Source of the DNA: Vallitaleaceae bacterium
Lineage (GTDB): Bacteria; Bacillota; Clostridia; Lachnospirales; Vallitaleaceae
Assembly: GCA_963666005.1 (NCBI GenBank)
Contig: OY762509.1
Span: 1,251,880-1,315,879, forward strand
Length of the DNA stretch: 64,000 nucleotides
Direction: 5' to 3'
The position numbers and the translations under genes are program-made. Positions 58,172-64,000 of the stretch are shown here, piece by piece; position 1 is the stretch's first letter; the number at the start of each line of letters is the position of its first letter. The notes below the pieces were generated by a model, which was not told the origin of the DNA, ran no database searches, and was given only the letters and a program-made list of their open reading frames with translations.

Positions 58172-58867
58172 ATGGAATATCGACCACTAGTAGAGGGGCG
58201 CTTTATCAAGCGCATCAACCGCTTTATTGCAGAGGTTGAAGTGGACGGACAGGTAGAAAAAGTCCATGTGAAGAATACAGGGCGTTGTAAGGAATTGTTC
58301 ACCGTAGGGGTAAAAGTCTATTTGGAGCCTAGCGACAATCCGGATAGGAAGACCAGATTTTCTCTAATCAGCCTGTATAAAGGGGATCTCTTGATTAACA
58401 TTGATTCTCAAGTACCGAATCAGGTTGTCTATGAAGCTTTGCTGGCAGGGGATATCAAAGAAATTCAGGATGTCACTTATGCTAAAAGAGAAGTAAAGCA
58501 TGGTAATTCCAGATTCGATATTTACTATGAGACATCTACAGCAAAAGGATTCATTGAAGTGAAAGGGGTCACTCTTGAAGTGGACGGTCTTGCCATGTTT
58601 CCTGACGCACCCACAGTTAGAGGGGCTAGGCATATAGCAGAACTTACAGAAGGTCTTGATGAGGGCTATAGGAATTATGTGTTCTTTTTAGTACAGATTG
58701 GGGGCATTAAGGATTTCAGACCTCATCATGAAAGGGATATGAACCTTGCCGACACTCTGTATAGTGGGAAGGATGCGGGGCTAGGAATCTTGGTCTACGA
58801 CAGCGTAGTCACAGAAAAAGGGATTGTGATAGGGAAGAAAGGGCAATTGTTGGAGAAGGGATATTAA
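58172..58867 (+). CDS. sfsA: sugar fermentation stimulation protein A (SfsA, nuclease-fold DNA-binding)
   Basis: MEYRPLVEGRFIKRINRFIAEVEVDGQVEKVHVKNTGRCKELF is typical of SfsA. AGGAG precedes the ATG at 58172. Confidence 0.8.
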   Translation: MEYRPLVEGRFIKRINRFIAEVEVDGQVEKVHVKNTGRCKELFTVGVKVYLEPSDNPDRKTRFSLISLYKGDLLINIDSQVPNQVVYEALLAGDIKEIQDVTYAKREVKHGNSRFDIYYETSTAKGFIEVKGVTLEVDGLAMFPDAPTVRGARHIAELTEGLDEGYRNYVFFLVQIGGIKDFRPHHERDMNLADTLYSGKDAGLGILVYDSVVTEKGIVIGKKGQLLEKGY

Positions 58868-59152
58868 TGACACAGTATTGATGCATATAAGGTGTATGAT
58901 ACTAATTATAAATTTTTTTTTAGAGTTTTTATATACTTCTTTCAACTCTTCTATACACTTTTATCATAAATAGCAGGTATATTATAACTACCCCTTATTC
59001 ATACCAAAACACGGTATGAGTATCCTTCATATTTTACTCCCTCATACAAAATAGTAGAGAGAATTTGAGTCCATCACATGGTGGGCTCTTTTCTTGTGTT
59101 ATAGGCAGCAAAATCCTGTAACATAAGAAATTCTTAAGCCATAAAAAATATA

Positions 59153-59181
59153 TTGACTTTACGGATTCCTAGACATATAAT
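59153..59181 (+). promoter_or_regulatory. consensus sigma-A promoter TTGACT-17-TATAAT inside a 580-bp noncoding region
   Basis: The sequence ttgacttt acggattcctagaca tataat is an exact -35 and -10 with 17-nt spacing. It is followed by a leader of about 255 nt containing the hairpin ggagctttaaaggctcc, before the small ORF at 59444. Confidence 0.55.
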
Positions 59182-59443
59182 TCGATTATCATATGATGTT
59201 TTTATTATCATATTAGGCTTGCATTGGAGCTTTAAAGGCTCCTTGGAAGAATGGAGTGATTTTATAGGGAAGAGTTATCCATATATTTTAACGCGTCGCA
59301 TAGGTGCATTTGTTTAAGTTGATAATTGATGTATTGGTCAGCCATAGAAGATGGTTTTTAGGTGTGCGTGGCAGTATCAATACCATTATATGTAATATTA
59401 ATGAAGCGAATTTTTTTGATATTGATCTGAAGAGGATAAAAAA

Positions 59444-59638
59444 ATGGATTATAAGAATTATGATAACTATGATGACCTGACCCCTAAAATGAAGCTTAAA
59501 AAGGGCAATGCAAGTTCTAAGAATAAAGGGTTCAAAGATAGCTCTGACCGTGCTTTGAAAGAAAAGAGACGTATGAAGTATGCGGCTCATTATGTAGATA
59601 TGGGTGATGATAGTCATGGTGAGGAGAGTTATCGGTAG
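59444..59638 (+). CDS. small highly charged hypothetical protein, 64 aa (MDYKNYDNYDDLTPKMKLKKGNASSKNKGFKDSSDRALKEKRRMKYAAHYVDMGDDSHGEESYR)
   Basis: An AGAGGA ribosome-binding site lies 7 nt upstream. The protein has no TM, a Tyr/Asp-rich N-terminus, a Lys-rich middle and an acidic C-terminus. Confidence 0.4.
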   Translation: MDYKNYDNYDDLTPKMKLKKGNASSKNKGFKDSSDRALKEKRRMKYAAHYVDMGDDSHGEESYR

Positions 59639-59658
59639 AGGTAGGTCGCAATGTCTAA

Positions 59659-59745
59659 GGCCGGAGTAGAATCCGAAGTCTCAGACACGCCTGCTTTGCA
59701 GTCGAACTCGATTCGTGATTCCACTCCGGCCTCAGACATTGCTCT
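59659..59745 (+). repeat. dispersed palindromic intergenic repeat, copy 4 (with partial duplication of the core start)
   Basis: The stem ccggagtagaatc / gattccactccgg (12 of 13) encloses the core cgaagtctcagacacgcctgctttgcagtcgaactcgattcgt. A second cctcagacattgc follows the right arm. Confidence 0.7.
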
Positions 59746-59795
59746 GGTTCGGGTGGGGAGGATGGATTGGCTTCGCCAATTAAAAAGAAAAAATG

Positions 59796-59826
59796 ACAGA
59801 CCGCCATTTGGCGGTCTGTTTTTTAT
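59796..59826. terminator. strong bidirectional rho-independent terminator
   Basis: A perfect 10-bp stem acagaccgcc/ggcggtctgt with a 4-nt loop has AAAAAGAAAAAA upstream and TTTTTTATT downstream. Confidence 0.8.
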
Positions 59827-62102
59827 TCTTTGGTTGTATTGAAGATGCGTTCTGGTGTTATTGGTAGTTCTCTGACGCGTCGGCCGTAGGCGTTGTAGAC
59901 GGCATCGGCGATGGCTGGACTAGGAGTGTTAATGACGATTTCACCGATGGACTTGGCACCGTGTGGGCCGGTCGGCTCGTAGCTGCTTTCAAAGGCAACG
60001 CGTATTTTACCTACATCCAGTCTTGAGGGGATACGGTACATCATAAATGAATCATTGTACATTCGTCCATCTTTGCTGTAACGGATGTCTTCTGTCATAG
60101 CCATGCCTATCCCCTGGGCAATACCGCCTTCTACCTGGACCTTTGCCAGATTAGGGTTGATGACTGTACCGCAATCAACAACAGCAACATAATCAACGAT
60201 AGTGTAGACCATTGTGTCAGGATCGGCTTCGATCTCCACAAATCCAGCCATGAATGGTGGAGGAGATACCTCTTGGGAGTTGGTGCCGATTGCAACCAAT
60301 TGGGTATTACTCCCGACAACGAGCGCGTTAGCTAAATCGGCTAAAAGGAGTGTTTTACCTTCGCCGTAGATACAAGTGCCGTCGAATTCCAGGGCTTCCT
60401 TTGGAACACCCAAGATCTTGGCAGATGCTTCCAGAATCTGGGACTGCATGGATTCACAGGCTTTAAGGACAGCACCACCGGTCACATAGGTGGTAGATGA
60501 TGCATAAGAACCGGTATCGTAAGGGGATACATCAGTGTCGACGCCATGCACTGTGATCTGATCCATGTTGCAGCCTAATCCATCAGCAGCCATCTGCGCC
60601 AGGATTGTATCACAACCAGTGCCCATATCTGTTGCACCGATCATCAAGGTGTACATGCCGTTATCGTTCAAGTGTATACTAACAGAGGCAACATCGACGT
60701 TTGAGATACCTGATCCTTGCATGCTGATGGCCATTCCATAAGCGCGTATTTTACCATTGTCCAATATATAGGAGGGATATTTATTATCCCAGCCAATCAT
60801 TTCGCGACCGGTTTGAATGCATTCACGTAACCGACAGCTTTGCAATTCTTCGTTGTAGTAAGCATGCATCTTTTCACCTACAGCCAAAAGGTTCTTAAGC
60901 CTTAGGGCCACAGGATCCATATGGAGCTTTGTTGCCAGTTCATTGACGGCAGATTCAAGGGCAAAGCCACCTTGAGTCGCACCATAACCTCTAAAGGCTC
61001 CAGCGGACATAGTATTTGTATAGACGACCTCATAGTCGAATTGATAAGCTTCGGCCTTGTTATATAGAGAAATTGTCTTGGTGGCGGACAGACCGACAGT
61101 TGTTGGGCCGTGTTCACCATAAGCGCCTGTGTTTGACAAAGTGTGCATCTTTATACCAAGTATCGTACCATCTTTTTTTGCACCAATCTTAACTTTTATG
61201 GTCATGGCATGACGACTTGTTGAGGCTGTAAAGGCTTCTTTTCTTGAATAATAAAGTTTGGCAGGTTTGCCGGTCTTCATTGTAACAAAAGCGGGGAACA
61301 TCTCGGTTACCAAAGTCTGCTTAGCACCAAAACCGCCACCGATTCTTGGTTTGACAACCTTGATCTTTGAAGGACTCAGTTCCAGTGCATGGGCCACATG
61401 GCGCCTCACATGAAAGGGTACTTGTGTTGAGGAGACAATGGTTATACGACCGTAAGCATCTAGGGTAGTGAAAGTCTTGAAAGATTCCATTGCGGTCTGA
61501 TTGTTGGCTTTTGTTCTGTAAACATGTTCAAGAATAATATCGGATTTGGCAAAGACTTCTTCCACATTTCCATGACCACTGCTGCCACTGGCGCAGATGT
61601 TGCGATGAACCTCATTGCCAATGTCAAAATTCACTTTATAGTCATCCTCCGTATGAATCACAACAGGATGATCAATGGCTTTTTCATAATCGATTAGAGA
61701 TTCCAGCACCTCGTAATCGACTTTTATCAGCTTCATTGCCCTGTCAACAGCATCTTCAGTCGCGCCTGCTACGATACATACCTCGTCACCTACATAACGA
61801 ACGACTTTATCAAGAATCAAACGGTCATAAGGACTTGGTTCTGGAAAAGACTGACCAGCCAAGGTGAAACGTTTCTTAGGTACGTCTTCAAAAGTATAGA
61901 TGGCTTCTATACCTGGCACCAACAGTGCTTTACTTTTATCAATGCTTTTGATGCTCGCATGGGCGTGAGGGCTTCTTAGAAGTTTGACAACCAAGGCGCC
62001 CGTTGGTTCGATATCCTCTGTATAGACTGGCTTGCCTGTTATTAAGGCTTTAGCATCAATTTTCTTTATACTTTTTCCTACATTAACAGACATTAGCTTC
62101 AC
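59823..62102 (-). CDS. xanthine dehydrogenase-family molybdopterin-binding large subunit (aldehyde oxidase/xanthine dehydrogenase a/b hammerhead + MoCo domain)
   Basis: This 759-aa protein has the N-terminal hammerhead region (KIDAKALITGKPVYTEDI) and GGGFG in the MoCo-binding region. It sits in an operon with 2Fe-2S, FAD and MocA genes. Confidence 0.85.
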   Translation of the reverse strand: MKLMSVNVGKSIKKIDAKALITGKPVYTEDIEPTGALVVKLLRSPHAHASIKSIDKSKALLVPGIEAIYTFEDVPKKRFTLAGQSFPEPSPYDRLILDKVVRYVGDEVCIVAGATEDAVDRAMKLIKVDYEVLESLIDYEKAIDHPVVIHTEDDYKVNFDIGNEVHRNICASGSSGHGNVEEVFAKSDIILEHVYRTKANNQTAMESFKTFTTLDAYGRITIVSSTQVPFHVRRHVAHALELSPSKIKVVKPRIGGGFGAKQTLVTEMFPAFVTMKTGKPAKLYYSRKEAFTASTSRHAMTIKVKIGAKKDGTILGIKMHTLSNTGAYGEHGPTTVGLSATKTISLYNKAEAYQFDYEVVYTNTMSAGAFRGYGATQGGFALESAVNELATKLHMDPVALRLKNLLAVGEKMHAYYNEELQSCRLRECIQTGREMIGWDNKYPSYILDNGKIRAYGMAISMQGSGISNVDVASVSIHLNDNGMYTLMIGATDMGTGCDTILAQMAADGLGCNMDQITVHGVDTDVSPYDTGSYASSTTYVTGGAVLKACESMQSQILEASAKILGVPKEALEFDGTCIYGEGKTLLLADLANALVVGSNTQLVAIGTNSQEVSPPPFMAGFVEIEADPDTMVYTIVDYVAVVDCGTVINPNLAKVQVEGGIAQGIGMAMTEDIRYSKDGRMYNDSFMMYRIPSRLDVGKIRVAFESSYEPTGPHGAKSIGEIVINTPSPAIADAVYNAYGRRVRELPITPERIFNTTKE

Positions 62103-62544
62103 CGCCTAGATAGTTTCTTATAGCTCGTAGTTGACCTTGGTAACCGCTGCACCTGCAAAGGTTACCGGCAAGATATGCCAGTATTTCATCATCGCCTGGG
62201 TTGGTCAATTCATTTTTCATGGCGATGACATTAATGATGAAACCTGGGGAACAGTAACCGCATTGTTCTGTACCTTCAGCGGCAAGAAAGTCACCGATCT
62301 GCTCAGCATCTGTCTGAAGGCCTTCAAGGGTCATAATCTGGGTACCGTAAAGAGCAGGTGCAGGCATATGGCAGGATAAAGCGGATTTACCATCAACAAG
62401 AATTGAGCAAAGGCCACAACTGGAGGTATCACAACCTCTTTTGACACTGTAGCAACCTTGGCTTCTAAGAAAATCCAGCGCCTTCATGTCAGGGCTGATT
62501 TCACCAACATACTTTTTACCGTTTATCGTACATTTTAATTCCAT
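62083..62544 (-). CDS. [2Fe-2S]-binding small subunit of the xanthine dehydrogenase-family enzyme
   Basis: CGLCSILVDG is a plant-type ferredoxin-like cluster motif, and CGYCSPGF...CRCSGY is the second cluster motif. Confidence 0.85.
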   Translation of the reverse strand: MELKCTINGKKYVGEISPDMKALDFLRSQGCYSVKRGCDTSSCGLCSILVDGKSALSCHMPAPALYGTQIMTLEGLQTDAEQIGDFLAAEGTEQCGYCSPGFIINVIAMKNELTNPGDDEILAYLAGNLCRCSGYQGQLRAIRNYLGGEANVC

Positions 62545-63314
62545 AATGCCTTAACCCCTCTTTCAAGAAATACTTGAGCTAAATGTGTTCTGAATGCTTC
62601 GGATGCGTACAGATTACCTGTCAAGGCAACATCACTTTGAAGCAGTGCGAAGGCCTTATCTGTATCCATACCTTCATGATTAAGATAGTGCATTGTCTTA
62701 TGCGCCAAAGTGGCTCTTGAAGGTCTTGCACCAATGCTGATACGCCATTCGTTGTTCTGAGTTTTACTCATGGCCATGATCAGGTAGGGTAGAGCTGTCT
62801 TGTCTTGACGGATTGTCTGGTAGTTAAAGGAGAGTTTTTCTTTTCTTATAATAATCTTTGTCAAGAAATGTCGTTGCTTCGGCATGACCATGTAGACACT
62901 TAGGGGCATGGTTTCTTCACCATCGACCTCCACGTGAGTGTCCATCGTCAGTAGTGATGCGGTGACATCAGAGAAACCAAATCGGCTGTAGACACTGGCG
63001 CCGATTCGAGCTGTATTTCTAAACTGAACACCAACAATACCAGAAACAGCTTCTTTTAATATATGAGCGTAATTTTCAATAACGTCGTTTGTTTCAAGTT
63101 GGCGTAAAGAGACATGAGCACCAATCTCGATGGCCGTATCCGTTTCGACGATTTGATCCAGTCCAAGACAGGAGATATCGATGCCTAGGTTATAGGTACC
63201 GTTGCCCAGACCAAGCCAATGACTGCCGCCAAGAATGATATTTTTCTTTGATTGATTGAGCAGTGATACGACTTCATCAATCGTCTGCGCTCTATAATAG
63301 TCCTTCAGTTTCAT
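62535..63314 (-). CDS. FAD-binding (CO dehydrogenase flavoprotein-like, PCMH-type) medium subunit
   Basis: The protein is about 260 aa. NIILGGSHWLGLG is an FAD-binding glycine motif. It lies between the MocA and 2Fe-2S subunit genes. Confidence 0.65.
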   Translation of the reverse strand: MKLKDYYRAQTIDEVVSLLNQSKKNIILGGSHWLGLGNGTYNLGIDISCLGLDQIVETDTAIEIGAHVSLRQLETNDVIENYAHILKEAVSGIVGVQFRNTARIGASVYSRFGFSDVTASLLTMDTHVEVDGEETMPLSVYMVMPKQRHFLTKIIIRKEKLSFNYQTIRQDKTALPYLIMAMSKTQNNEWRISIGARPSRATLAHKTMHYLNHEGMDTDKAFALLQSDVALTGNLYASEAFRTHLAQVFLERGVKALWN

Positions 63315-63904
63315 TGGAACTCCTCTCTGATGCGTAAATAACTTTCGTATGTATCGATATCTATATGATCCCTTGTGAAGGGCATAGTGATGGTTCGTAC
63401 CAAGTGTTGATGTGTATTGATTAATTGGCGGCCACCTTGATCACCTGTAATCCTTGTTAAGGCTTGTTTCATGTTAGCGGGGAAAACCTTCGGGCTACCA
63501 AATACACCATCATAGGCAGGAATCAGTATGTTCTGAGGATGGTTGTAAAAATCATGAGCTATGTACTCGATGGATTCAGGCATTAGAAGAACCTGATCCC
63601 CAGGTATAAACATATAACCATCACATGGCATGGCATTTTGAACGCCGAGTCGGATACTTTCAGAGATACCTTTATCTGGTGCCGTATTCATAACGGTACG
63701 AAGCCCCGGGATACCTTTGGCTAATTCTGCGATTTCATCATACTGGGTGACAAGGATTATTTCTTTGGAAATATTGGCTTCTTGGCAATGAAGTAGCGTC
63801 TGCTCGATGACCGTCATGTTGCCAAGGGGCATCAAGAGTTTATTATCCTTACCAAAACGGCTTGAAAAACCACTGGCCATAACGATGATACTCAGTGAAC
63901 TCAT
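63311..63904 (-). CDS. MobA-like NTP transferase (molybdenum cofactor cytidylyl/guanylyltransferase, MocA/MobA family)
   Basis: SIIVMASGFSSRFGKDNKLL is the nucleotidyltransferase glycine-rich loop. A 4-bp ATGA start/stop overlap links it to the upstream gene. Confidence 0.7.
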   Translation of the reverse strand: MSSLSIIVMASGFSSRFGKDNKLLMPLGNMTVIEQTLLHCQEANISKEIILVTQYDEIAELAKGIPGLRTVMNTAPDKGISESIRLGVQNAMPCDGYMFIPGDQVLLMPESIEYIAHDFYNHPQNILIPAYDGVFGSPKVFPANMKQALTRITGDQGGRQLINTHQHLVRTITMPFTRDHIDIDTYESYLRIREEFQ

Positions 63905-64000
63905 ATGCTGGCACCGCCTAATCGGAAGATGGCCTCAAGGACACTGCCACCAAGAGCCCTTGCCTTATCGGAGATTGTATAGCAGTTAGCCAGCTGATCG
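63901..64000 (-). CDS. partial CDS (C-terminal 32 aa), possibly XdhC/CoxI-type molybdoenzyme maturation factor; runs off the window end
   Basis: The minus-strand frame reads ...DQLANCYTISDKARALGGSVLEAIFRLGGASI, and its stop overlaps the MocA start (ATATGA). The identity is inferred from operon context only. Confidence 0.3.
   Translation of the reverse strand, partial: DQLANCYTISDKARALGGSVLEAIFRLGGASI

Noticed and set aside
59288-59617. 109-aa minus-strand ORF in the 580-bp intergenic region
   Set aside because: It is a low-complexity Ile/Leu/Phe-rich translation of AT-rich DNA. It overlaps the consensus plus-strand promoter and the small plus-strand ORF, and has no ribosome-binding site.
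1-64000. Search for mobile-element, prophage or defence-island hallmarks (transposase, integrase, restriction-modification, toxin-antitoxin, Cas, tRNA attachment site)
   Set aside because: No ORF shows DDE or tyrosine-recombinase motifs, no tRNA gene was recognised, and no abrupt compositional shift is evident by eye. Any novelty here appears to reside in the repeat family and the signalling-gene architectures rather than a classical mobile island.

Overview
This 64 kb window looks like a low-to-moderate-GC Firmicutes (Clostridia/Lachnospiraceae-like) chromosomal segment: housekeeping and accessory genes densely packed on both strands, with no transposase, integrase, CRISPR array, rRNA or tRNA detected. 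Main recognisable blocks:
(1) A partial trkH/ktrB gene and a methyl-accepting chemotaxis protein (MCP).
(2) A Bacillus-like yaaO-tmk-darA-yaaR block (Orn/Lys/Arg decarboxylase-like, thymidylate kinase, c-di-AMP receptor DarA, DUF327). A GGDEF-EAL gene is inserted between tmk and darA, and synteny breaks after yaaR.
(3) A galacturonate/hexuronate catabolic cluster (divergent AraC regulator, then uxaB-uxaA-uxaC) plus a TIM-barrel isomerase.
(4) A signalling cluster without a response regulator: LytS/YesM-type histidine kinase, orphan TRAP-type solute-binding protein and an MCP.
(5) A LysM-5'-nucleotidase, a membrane-domain::GNAT fusion and an FNR-like reductase.
(6) Several c-di-GMP genes. A LivK-like binding protein is co-transcribed with a sensor GGDEF(GADEF)-EAL protein. 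A membrane GGDEF cyclase sits just upstream of an unusual cytoplasmic ParB/Srx-like::BMP(PnrA-like) fusion. A PAS protein carries a degenerate GGDEF domain.
(7) An nfeD-floT flotillin operon.
(8) An XRE-TPR (RNPP-like) regulator, HPt protein and DEDDh exonuclease; a promoter- and terminator-equipped 33-aa hydrophobic peptide gene; hemolysin-III, LacI regulator and dCMP deaminase.
(9) An SLH-anchored HtrA-like protease, a B12-binding radical SAM (DUF4080-type) protein, nth, udk, a GH13 glycosidase, a VanZ-like protein and an aldo-keto reductase.
(10) An opuA (glycine betaine ABC) operon followed by a BusR-like (GntR + RCK_C) regulator, then hxlR-like, SRAP, HAD, a membrane protein and sfsA.
(11) A xanthine-dehydrogenase-family molybdoenzyme operon (XdhC-like partial, MocA, FAD, 2Fe-2S and MoCo subunits).

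The most distinctive non-coding signal is a family of at least four dispersed ~45-nt conserved cores (consensus roughly GAAGCCTCAGACAnGCyTGCnnnGCAnyCAAACTCGTTTCGTGA). Each is embedded in flanking inverted repeats whose sequence differs from copy to copy but stays complementary. All copies lie in 3' intergenic regions, two bracket nth, one sits at the yaaR synteny break, and a decayed tandem cluster lies next to copy 2.
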